From: Kondoa subrosea | Lineage: Eukaryota | Reading direction: 5' to 3' | DNA: 64,000 bases | Assembly (NCBI GenBank): GCA_039545335.1 | Contig: BCIN01000003.1 | Span: 930,001-994,000 of the forward strand | Shown: positions 39,201-50,259 of the stretch, piece after piece | How positions within the stretch are numbered: the stretch's first letter is position 1 | Layout of the letters: each line of letters begins with the position of its first letter | The notes under the pieces: generated by a model | What the model saw: the letters and a program-made list of their open reading frames with translations, nothing else | Database searches by the model: none | Told to the model about the DNA's origin: nothing | Made by a program: the position numbers and the translations under genes

Positions 39201-40656
39201 GCCGACTGGAGGCATCTTAACAGTAACTTCAGAACTTGGTAAGCTGAATTTGCATAAGACAGTCTCTTGCTTACACCATATCGCAGGCGAGCCTATTCAC
39301 AAAGTCGCAACTCGTGGTGTCAAGCTATGGCGCGAATTCGATGACACTGTCTTCGCTCTTCCTCGGGACAAGCAAGGAGCATGGCTGAAAGAGAAGAAGG
39401 CTTATGTCATCAAGCGCCTCAATGCTGATTTTCAAAAGGTATGCGAGTCAATTCACAACCGAATTTGTGTTCTGAATGAGTTACAATAGCCTTGGTTCGC
39501 TGCGAAAGATGATGGAACGGTCTGCGACGTTGCAGATATGACCTACGGCGAAACTCTGCGCCGCATGGTCAAGCTGATGTTTGTCAAGCATCAGTCAAGA
39601 TGGGTCGACAGGTCGCTCCGTGACCTTGTTGGAGATTGGATTCGACGGATAGAGGAAAGGTGTGCAATGTTACCTTCTGACTGTGCCTAGTCTCAGACTG
39701 CCTTGTACCACTACAGAATTTCCCAGGTCCAGCCCGGAACCAAAGTCAACTCAGAATTGCAAAGCTTCGTCGAGCTCGAAGATCCTTTCAGCTTTATGGA
39801 TCGCTTCTTCAAAAAATATCCAGCTGCCAACACGCAGCTTCTGGCAGCTACAGATGCGCGTTACTTCCTCGCGATCTGTCAACGACCGGGCCAAAAACCA
39901 GTGCCTTTTATTCCTGTTCTTGATTCTACCTTCTCTGTATGGTTTAAAAAGGATTCATTATGGCAAGCAGGTGAGACTTGTTGTGGCAATGGAGAACTTA
40001 TTGCTGATTGAACTATGCAGAGGACATCGATGCGGTGGTCGATCAAGACCCTCAAAGAGTTTGCGTGCTGCAAGGGCCTGTTGCAGTCAAGCATTCCACA
40101 AAGGTTGACGAACGTCAGTACTGCTATATTCTATCTGGGCCTGATTAACAGATGTCATGTAGCTGTGGGCGAAATTCTTGGTAACATCGAATCTGGCCTC
40201 ATATCCAAAGTCCTTGCATCGCAATACAAGGGCGATGAAAGTCAAGTACCGACTGAGGCTTACCTGGCTCGCAAACCGACAGTGTCGGAAGCTGAAGTAC
40301 TAAAGAAGCACGGTATCAGACATACAACCAGCGATGGACCAGAAGGAACAACAGTCCATATCTACGACATCACAAAAGAGCTGCCATCGCATGGCGAATG
40401 GCTCGAAACACTTTCAGGGCCAAAATCGAATTGGCTCAGAGCTTTCCTCACCAGTATTTCAATCGTTCAAGGTCCAAAGGTCGTAGAGAATCAAGCAGCA
40501 AGAGTATTTGCTCCTCGCCCGAAACAGCGAGTCAAGATTGTATTCAGTCAAAATGGCGATCCGCTCAAAGTAGAGGTCAGTTTCTTATCAAAATTGGCAG
40601 AGTGTGTCCTCGTGTCTCATCTTTTTCCGCAGGTCTTCGGCGCCACAAGGAGTTGA
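36231..40656 (+). CDS. FAS1: Fatty acid synthase beta subunit containing only AT and ER domains
   Basis: FGGQG, AT active site [78 protein letters not shown]; ends VFGATRS*. Confidence 0.95.
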
Positions 40657-40830
40657 GAAGAACGACAAGAGGGTAGAAAGGGAATCATGCATCAGTTCAG
40701 TTGCTAGACATTGTAAACATCACGGGATACCAAAAAGAGAGAACAAGTCAATTGGATCGACAAAAAGCAGAGCACTAAGGTCTTTGCACAAATCATAGAA
40801 TGCATTATTTTCCTATGCTTTGTGACAAAT

Positions 40831-43385
40831 TCACGCTTTTGTGCAGAACATGCTGAAAACAAAATCAATGAGACAAGGTCGATACTAATAAGATGCCGGC
40901 TTACTCTACGAAAGTGCTGACGGGCGTGCTTTCTAATTTGCTTTGATCGGCAGTCAAGTCAAGAATCTTCTTCACATGATCAGCTGGGACTGTTAGTGAA
41001 ACGTCAGATACTGCCGGGCTCTTTGCAGAAGGTAAGACGAACAATGGGGTTCAAGGTGCCTTTTGAATTTGGCTTCCAGTACAGGAGTCCCTTCGGCTCT
41101 CCTCACTCGGTGACCAATTGGATCTATTGAATCTTAAGCAGATGTTGCGACTGCAAGTGAGGCAAACTGACATTTGATCTCAATTTCTTCCATGACTGTA
41201 CCGTCGTTGAGAGTGATCTGTAGTGCGTTACCAATAGATCTAGAAGAAGGTTCATGGTAATCTTCGCTGAAATGTCTGAGGAAGAAAAAGAGATTTAGCT
41301 CAGCAAAATGGGTTAGCTCTATGCTCACTTGTCTTCCACGCAGTACATCTTTTCTCGGAGGAGATCGATCTTAGGATCAGCTGCAACTGAATCAGAGTAC
41401 TAGCAAGTTTCGTCAGAGCTAAGTCGAGAAGAATGAAATGGAAATTACATCTTCAGTGGTGAGGCGGCCGTAGATGAGAGGAATAGCGACCATGTATTGA
41501 ATGGTGTGATCTCTGTCGGCGAAATTATCAAGCTTGCCCTTCTTGTCGATAATTCGGATCTGAAGCAACATTATCAGTCTACATTTTTCTGTTTAGAAAA
41601 GGAGACTAACGGCAGCCTCTTGTGTCCTGATACGGACTTCTTTGATGTCGTCACTGGTCTTGCCCATCGATGCTAGCTTCTGATGCAAGAGAAGAGCACA
41701 TTCGACAGCCTGTAGCATAGACAATTGCTTGAGCTCCTTCGAGCACAGTGATGTACCACCTACAGTTTGAGCGTGGAACTCTGCTGGGAAGCTGATCTTG
41801 AAGCTGAATCAATAGTCTAAGCAAAGAAGGTATGACTTCGACATGGAAACCTACAGAACGTTCTCCATGATGCTAGAAGAGAAGGGTCAGATCAAGTAAA
41901 TAATAAAGCGCATAATGCAACTGACTCTGTGAGGCACAAGGTACATTGAATGAGCGATTACCGTAGCACAGCTGGATCATAACTCACAAGATCCGTAAGG
42001 CCTTTGGAACTGGAAGGGTTTGCCCTTGAAGAGAACATCATAAAATCCCTGTTTGCCGCAGAATCTTTGAGCAATTGATTGCTAAGACGACTTTTTGACA
42101 AACCCAAGTCTTTGCCGTCAATCTGAAAGAATAATACATTGTAAGACTGATTGTCTAAGCGCTCATGCAATCGTACTCACGCCGTAGGATAACCCATTTC
42201 ACCTCTCTTGACAGTCATGGCGAGATTGACAGCTCTACTGCACGCATCTCCGGCAGCCCATGATTTTCTTGAACCAGTATTAGGCGAGTGTCTACACATA
42301 CTTCATCATCCACTGCTGCCTTTATAGTCTAATAGGACAGACCTGTAAGTACGAAGCGATTGTCCATCAATCCAAGCATGAGAAACAGCGTCAATAGTCT
42401 GGTTCAAGTCCAAGCCAAGCATTTTTGAGACGACCGCAGTGGAAGCGACTTTGACTAGAACGACGTGATCCAGACCAACTCGGTTGAAAGAGTTTTCTAG
42501 TGCTAGACAGCCTTGAATTTCATGTGCCATGATCATTCCTGTTCTGTAAACCACGCAAACGCTTATAAGAGGAAATCTCTCAATGCGAAATGATTAGCTT
42601 ACAGGACGTCCTTGACTGTTAGTTTTGCACCGGTTCGAGAGAGGAAGTCTGCTACAGCTAAGATAGCTCCAAGGTTATCAGAGGGGTGCTACACAGATGA
42701 TCAGCGTTGATGAGAATAGTGACTTTGCTGACTTACACCCCATTCAGCAGCCAAGAAGCAATCCTACTCCACATCAGTATAGAGCACAGAGTAGGTAGAA
42801 CAGGCATACGTTGAAGTCCAGCCAACGAATTTGAGTACCAATAGCGAAAGCAGCACGAACAGGATCCATTTGGTAAGGAGTACCAGGAACTTTTGATCCG
42901 TTTGGTACAATAGTGCCTTCGACAACAGGAGCCATCAGATTTCTGCAGTTGGGGCTGACTCTGAGTCCTTCGAGACCGCAACCAATAGTATCAATCAAGC
43001 ATAATCTTGCGGTGTTGTATGCTAAACTGCTATCCACCTGTGTGACTTTGAATTCAGCAGAGGTTTGTTGCGCTACATAGTCGAGATGCTTACATTGTAC
43101 TCGTGCACGTATTTGGCACTGTTTGCTCATGTTATTTAGCCGGAGCTGCTTTCATATGGATTACCGAGACTGAACGCACATATCTACAAGCACTTGATCA
43201 GGAGGCTGACGCTCTGCCTGTTCACCACCGTGTACAGCCATTGTTCTAGCAGAAGTAGAGAAAGTAGAAGCTTGAGTAGGCTGAGCGACTTGAATTATTG
43301 GTCGAAGAGTTGCAGCTGTAGCTAGACTTGGGATTGTGCGTGGGAGACTCTTTCTGATTCTTAGAGCTCTTCTGGCAGGGAGCAT
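40831..43385 (-). CDS. PDH1: 2-methylcitrate dehydratase (PrpD), mitochondrial presequence
   Basis: [98 protein letters not shown]. Confidence 0.95.
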
Positions 43386-44226
43386 TGCTTGGAACCCAGA
43401 TGATCGCTTGAGACTAAGCAGGACCCCAGTAACTAATAGAGAACTCCGCGTGAAAGTTGGGCTTGGCCTTGTTCAGCGATGTTGGTCCATAGTAGTTGCT
43501 CTGATCCTCTAGCTGTACATTATTCAGTTTCGTAATGCTTGTCTGGACTCAATGCCTTTGTGGAAACTTTCTTTCATAGACCCGCCTGAGGACCTCACTG
43601 CTCGAGTCCGGTTGTTCAGTATTCATTGCTTTCATCTCTTGTTCTTCTCATTCTTCTGATCAGTTATTGCATGCTTCTATCGCTTCTTTGCAAAATCCTA
43701 CGAGCCGAACATCATGATCAAATGAGCTTGAATATGCAACGCGTTACTATTTCGCTCGTAATAGATTGCACTCTCAGCTACAATCTCAGAGGTCGCGAGA
43801 CCCTTCTGACTTCCTGCTTGCTATCGCGCGGGATATAAATGACAAGCTACAAAGCTTTTCTCGCAATGTGATACTGAACTGAACTTATCAAGCTTCCTGG
43901 TTTGACGCGCAGATGCTAAATTCAAGCAAGATACTGCGGTGAGAGCTACTTAACTCGTAGTGTTTGGCTGAGGGATGTCAGCTGTCTTCTCAAGTTCCGT
44001 TATGTCTCGAAAATGTGTCCTCAATTAGGCTCCTCTATCCAGTGTGCAGTCCTTCATGTAATCCCAGTCTGTCTTGTTGATAAATCAGCGTAGCACAGCA
44101 GCTCCTTGACCCTCGCACACCTCGGATTAATCGAGCGCATTTTACACTCCGCACTTTCGGCTGAACGGATGATGATTACACCAGCACCCTTTGTCATCCT
44201 TTCTCTCGTTCCACAACTATACAAAA

Positions 44227-44960
44227 ATGGCTCACCAAGGATCATGCCTCTGTAAGTGTATACTTCATTGCCATTTGAGCGGCAGCTGAGTTCTTCTTGC
44301 AGGCGGAAACGTCAAGATTGTCAGTCTTGAACATGTGCTTTACGCGATTCCTTTTTGACACGGTATACAGACCCTTGCTAAGCCATTCGACGAGCAAATC
44401 ATCTGCCACGTAAGTCATGCAGCTTTCAGCCAACATCCTTTGAGCTCATACCTTTTGTCACCTTGTGGCGATCAGTGCACCGACTGCAAACAGACTTCAG
44501 GCTCTGCTTTCTCTACCAATGTCCTAGCTCAGCAAAGCGATGTGACTATTGATGGCAAGACTGCCAACTTTGACATTAAAGCTCGTCAGTACTTCCCGGG
44601 TTCAAGACATTACTGCGCTGACTTGCTTCATGTCATGCCCACAGCAAGTGGAAACACCGTTACCAGAGTCTTCTGCCCTACTTGCGGTTCTGCTATCTCT
44701 CACAAGTCAAAAGCTTTCGGTGATGCTCAAGCAATTCAAACTGGTAACTTCAAGGATTTCGCTAAAATGTGATTGCACTTGTCTGTGTGTTTGAACAATT
44801 GTGCTGATATATGATTGCTAGCCCCGTAAACACCGAATTGTTCGTCCGCGATCGATGGTCTGGCAGTAAGTAGCTCGTCAAAGTGTCTGACTGCTCTTGA
44901 GCTTATGACGCTCTTGATTTAGTCCCCAAGACTAGCGGCAAGCAAGTAGAGACTATGTAA
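44227..44960 (+). CDS. GFA/Mss4-like (CENP-V) zinc-binding protein
   Basis: MAHQGSCLC, ICH-CTDCKQTSGSAFSTN, SGNTVTRVFCPTCGS, ELFVRDRW. Confidence 0.88.
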
Positions 44961-45307
44961 AGGTCTACTCATACGTAGCTGAAAATGAAAGCGAACAAAG
45001 AACAGTTATGAAAGTCTAACTTATCAATTACCAAACACTCTCTGTTCTTCAATAATCGTTATTGTCTGTCTGTCTTCTTATCGTTCTTTCGGCTGCACAG
45101 CTCTGTCTCTCTTCTGTCAAACTCTTCTGCATCTCTCATAACTATAAGTCGTAGACTCATGTCGACTTCAACAAGTCTGCAAGTCATTGCAGAAAGTACA
45201 TTGATATCGATGATAAGCATAATTCCTGATGTCTAGATACAAGCGAGACTGTAGCAGACAAGAGGTGAGAAGTTTATTTCGCTTGCTCTAGCCATGCCCA
45301 CCAAATT

Positions 45308-46198
45308 CTACTGCTTCTTCGCAACAAGCATAGTCACTTGAGAAAACATTCCCTTGTCTGTAACCTCTTGAGCCATCGTCTGAATGCCTTCCTTGAATCC
45401 TTCCGGAGTTCGCCAAGCCTGAGGCAACAACTCGAGGTTGCCAGTCTTCTCGAAAGCAGTATACATAGCGCTTCCTACGGCAATGAGGTTCTGGGTCTGA
45501 CTATTTGCAACCTCCTCGCTCATTCCTGCATCCAAAGCAGCTTTGCCACCAGGCAGTTTGCGATGAGCTACATCCACCATTGTAAAACCAGCATCTTGCA
45601 ATAATCCAGGTAAAGCTTCCGGGATGCAAAGATCTTTCCCAGTAATATTGCTCACGTCAACTAACATCTTATTGGCCTGTTCAAAGACTTTGGATTTCTC
45701 TGATCCAGCTTCAAGAACCTTTATGCTTGCTTCTTCAAGTTGAATATATCCTCCAGGTTTGATGGTATCGAAAAGATTCTTTAGCGCGATGGGCCAAGTC
45801 TTGCGGTCAAGACCCAAGACGAGCAAACGTTGATGAACGAGGTCGAACTTCTGTTGGAACTCGGCTGGGAAAGGTTGAGTAACATCTTGCTCAAAGAGAG
45901 TAGAACCATTTCTTTGGTCTGGAGCGGGAAATTGGGCTGGTGAGAGATCGCAGCCGAAGCGTTTGTAAGAAGAAGGAAGTTCAGTGAGCCAGATTGCAGT
46001 GCCAGTAGCTGAGTCGAGAACAGATGCATCATTGGGTAAAGTGATCTTGGGACTGATTGCGTTGTTCTCAAAGAGGTTCATGTACATTCGATGTTGTGCA
46101 GTGAGTCTGTTGCCATATCAGATCGGAGGCTCCGCTCAGCAAAGTACAGCTTACCTCTGACTCTCTTGCTCATTTCTAGGCAGCAGATAGGAACTCAT
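45308..46198 (-). CDS. Class I SAM-dependent methyltransferase, LaeA-like; copy B
   Basis: Exon 1 MSSYLLPRNEQESQR plus GTAAG intron; same motifs and same length (259-aa ORF) as copy A. Confidence 0.9.
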
Positions 46199-46757
46199 AT
46201 CAATTGAATTGGGATTGAGCTAATTGTGGTAGTAACAAGCAAGAGATAAAACAGAAGAGAAATACAGTCTTGAAGCACATGGACTTTAGTGCATGGATGA
46301 GTAACTCGAAACATGACAGAATGTAATGGAAGCTTGGCGAATATAGGAGGTTGCTGTGCATTATAGGTGATCGATTGTTTAAAGCTGAGCTCAGAACCCG
46401 CAGAAAGGACAAGCAGCGATCGCGGCATGCTACATAAAAACAACCTCCTGAGTGCGTTGAACAATTGCAGCGATAGAGAACAGGACTCGCATGACTTTAG
46501 GCAGAGTAGAGACAGCAATTTTAGGAAGCATGGAAGGCAAGACAAGCTGGAATATTATGCAGAAAGTTATCCTTGAGAAACTTAGCAGCCAGACCAAGAT
46601 CAATCAACGGCTGCGCGGCATTCAGCGGCTTTCAGTAACAAACTTATGTACTGTATACGAAGGGAATGATTCGAGAATATATGATGCAAGAACATAACGG
46701 AACAGGAACTACATTATACAACGTACAAATCGGGACCAAGGACTATGACCAAGAGCG

Positions 46758-47435
46758 CTACACATAAAGCCGCACGCAACACGTCGATACGTCCGCAGGG
46801 GAGAGAGACTGGAAAGTCAAGTCAGCTCGAGAAAAGCCAGAGACAAAGCATTGAGACTCACAAAATGCAAGTGCCAGTTCTTCTTGAGAAGCTGTTGATA
46901 AGACCACAGCTGGTCTTTGTGATCGATGAGCCAGATATGGCAGACTGGAGCAATGACAATCAGCTTGGACATTAAAAGTAGAAAGCAAGAACATACTCGT
47001 CACTCCCTTAGCATCTCTTTCTGAAGTTCTGATCGCTCAAATGACGATAGAACTCCTGACAGTACCAAACGCCGAGGGCATAGCGTTGGACCCAACCTCA
47101 ATATTTGACTTTTCGTCACCTCCAGCCTAAAGAGCACTTCTCGAGAGAAGTAACTCTTGGTCTTAACGGCTCATGAAAGGTTTCACGAAGGATACGGATT
47201 GCGAGGGCATGTTTTCTGTACATAAAGAAGGTCAGCAAACAGTATCCAAAGAGATCAAAGAGACTCACCCAATCCGCGCCTGTGGATTCCTCGATTCTAG
47301 CACTGGCACAAGTGCGACCATCTCTCTCCTGTACTCCGTACACACCTCTTGACAACATCTCTTGATTTACAGCACAGACTAAGAAGTGAAGAATTTTCTC
47401 GACAACCCAAAACAGCATAAATGTAAAGATCAAGC
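46758..47435 (-). pseudogene. Decayed intron-containing relic inside cassette copy B
   Basis: Same three intron-like units as copy A; protein-like fragments (GWVQRYALGVWYCQEFYRHLSDQNF; CHIWLIDHKDQLWSYQQLLKKNWHLHF) interrupted by stops. Confidence 0.45.
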
Positions 47436-49370
47436 TCAAGCATCTTCTTGACGATCTTCTTGGCATCGCTCATCGATTTCGACTTCTTCGGGTCCTTCAA
47501 AGGTGAACTCATTCTGTTGAACAATTTGTTCCATTTCTGTCACAGAAGGAGTCCAGCCATAGCAAGGATGCAGAGCTTCGAAAGCTTGGTTGTGTGCAGG
47601 TGAATTGAAGTTCTGTTCGCGCACGCGAGCCAGAAAGTTGCGATGAGCTGAAGTCCATTCAGTCAATCCACTGCCATTGCCTTTGGTTGCATAATATGTT
47701 CTTGCACTGAAGAAAGCTTCTTGCAATGTATTGTATCCAGCATAGAGATTAGTGTTGGGATCAACAGTGTAGCATTTTAAGATTGCTCTCTGAAGTCCTG
47801 GGCCAGCTTGGATAGTTTTGATTCGCAAGTTGAGATCAGCAACGATGACGTTTTGAGCAGCTTCAGTAAGGTAGCTGAGGTTATCCATGTGTTCCTTGAT
47901 TGAATTAGGGAACTTGTCTGGGTGAGTAGCCTGCTTGACTCTGAGGAATTGCTTATTGATGCTCTTGACTGCTGCTTCCAGTTCAGTTGCATCGGTCAAA
48001 GAGGGTTTCAGTAGGGCTTCAGCTTTGTCACCAAAGAAGTGATTGGCGATATCAACAGGCATGATCTAGCATCGAGCTCGTCAGTAAGAAATCTCAAAAC
48101 AAAAAGAACAAACTGAACTCACAGCAGGCTTGTAGATGGAAGTAAACATGCCGATAGCTTTCAAGTGAGCTTCGTTATCCTTTTCCAAACTCTTGATGTC
48201 CTCCTTCAAATCAACCATTTCCTTATCCTTAGCGCTTGCAGCTGCCTTTTGCGCCTTGTTTGCTTCTTCAGCTTTGAGTAGTTGCTGTTGAAGTTGTGCA
48301 ATGAATTTCTTTGCCTCGGCACTAGCTTTGGCTTGAGATAACTTGGAAGAATCGAGTGAGGCTTTGAGTTGAGTAATTTCAGTGTCTTTGCTTGAAAGAA
48401 GAGCTTCTTGTTCATCGATCTTCGTTTCGTTAGAGGCTAGAATGGATTGCTGAGAAGAGATTGTAGCTTGTTGTTGTTCGATTTCGGTGGATTTAGTAGC
48501 TGATTCGATGTTAAGATTCGCGATTTGAGATTGAGCAGTTTCCGACTGAGCGAGCAATTCGGTAATGCGAACTTGCTTTGCTTCGATCTCAGCTTGAGCA
48601 GTGAAGAGCTTCTGTGAAATATTGTGCTTGGCTTTGCGGTACAGAGCGAAATCTCTGACAGTTTGCTGAAGTTCTGCTTTGTCGACCTTTTGGGTAGCAA
48701 CGAAAGCAGCCATCTCCAATTGCTGTTCGAGACGAACCACTTGAAACTTGAGGTCTTTAATCTGATCTAAAGGCGGAAGACTGATCGGATCAAAGAAGAC
48801 ATCTTTATCTTCTTCTGGTTCATCCAAATCCATAGGGTCCGAAGATGAAGAAGCTTCTTCGCTTGAATCAGACTTCGATGGAGAAGAAGGAGAGGCAGGT
48901 GAAGAGCTTTCATCGGTGGAGACAGCAGGTGAAGCTTCAGCAATGATTTCTTCCTTGACCAATTCCTCCTCAACAGTGACTTCCTCTTCTTCATCAATGA
49001 CTTCTGATTCGAACATGGCTTCAAGATTCTCATAGGCGACAAGGAAGTTCTAGATGAGTTCGCATCAGCATTGCATTCCTCAATCAATAAGGAATGTAAA
49101 CCTTACCATAGCATTGTAAACCGGTTGAACATATTCTTTCTGGAAATCCATAGCATTCCATTCCTCGAGTCCAGCCAACACCGCATTGTACATAATCAAG
49201 CAACCAAATATGCTCATGATCAACAAGTAGACCAAACCAGCGTTGTCCATTTTGGCTGGTTCAACGACTGCAGGAGTAACGTAGGCGAAATCGCGGATGC
49301 AATTGTAGCGAAAAGGATGGACTTGTAGATTACAGATCTGAGCCAAAGGTGATGGCATGAGTGATTCCAT
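47436..49370 (-). CDS. Orphan TM / coiled-coil / J-domain-like (HPD) protein; copy B
   Basis: ORFs of 96, 311 and 208 aa match copy A lengths; KQFLRVKQATHPDKFP conserved; both introns retained. Confidence 0.8.
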
Positions 49371-50127
49371 TCTGCTTTGTTTGTGCTTGACTTGATGATG
49401 ATTTACTTGGAAAAAGTCGATGATGGTACGAGAAAAAGAGAGAAGGGAAGGACGAGAAAGAGAGTAGCCCGCTTAATATCGCGACTGGCTGTAAATGAAT
49501 TACTCAAAGTGGAAAGTGCAAAGACTAAGTCGGACGCGACAGTTGGTGCCTGGCTGAACAGCGCATTGTAGTGTGACAAGAGCGTCTCAAGAAATCAAAA
49601 GACAGCATAGGCAGGCTGTAGAGGCCAGCTATGGACGCGAAAGTAGGCGATTCATAAAAATGAGAGAAATGTCTTTCAGCTTGCAGTCTCTGGGCACGAG
49701 CCTGGTATACGCGAGAGAGAGCAGTAGCCCTGGGTGATATCTTAAGCACGAGATATCGCAGTCTTTAGATTATCCTTGGCCGACTTAAAATGAGCTGTGT
49801 TTGGATTGTTTCGGCTGGGAGTTTGCTCTTGCAATGTGCACAAGCACCTGATCTTTTCCGAATTCTAGTGACTGCTGGTGATACAGACTTGCTCAGGAAC
49901 CGAACATTTACGTCTATCATGGCCTTTTGCTTCAGTCGCCTATCAAACCATGTATTTCTATTGCGTCTTACTAAGCTACCTGTGCTGCGGTCCGAGATAC
50001 CGGTAGAGTGCATAGACCTTAGCATGTTGGCTATTCGAAGGCGACATAAGAGGAAGAAAATGTACGAGAACAGATACAGGCGAGCCCGATGGCGAAGTCA
50101 ATGAAGACGTCGCGGCATATGAACGCG

Positions 50128-50206
<79 letters not shown>
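50128..50206. repeat. Compound microsatellite (TA)n(GA)n
   Basis: About 20 TA units (one interruption) directly followed by about 19 GA units. Confidence 0.97.
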
Positions 50207-50209
<3 letters not shown>

Positions 50210-50259
50210 AGCCGGGCGGAAAATTGTCAGATGTAGGTTATAGAAGGCAAACAATGATT

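Larger units (their letters stand above)
45308..49795 (-). repeat. Right arm of long diverged inverted repeat (two-gene cassette, copy B)
   Basis: Reverse complement matches 11904-16242 in order, exon lengths and intron positions. Confidence 0.95.

Noticed and set aside
40560..40830. FAS1 as a truncated pseudogene
   Set aside because: It has a clean spliced terminal exon, intact catalytic motifs and a known natural split at this position.
43400..44220. Short ORFs in the long PrpD-GFA intergenic region
   Set aside because: No motifs or coherent exon chain; treated as divergent promoter DNA. No tRNA or other structured RNA was recognisable by eye.
11904..49795. Whole region as a giant transposon or Starship with terminal inverted repeats
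   Set aside because: No transposase or tyrosine recombinase and no target-site duplication were seen. The interior is single-copy housekeeping genes and the arms are diverged and genic.
11904..49795. Assembly artefact (collapsed or duplicated haplotype) or mating-type locus
   Set aside because: The copies have different flanks, different spacers and up to ~36% protein divergence, which argues against an artefact. No pheromone, STE3 receptor or homeodomain gene was recognised.
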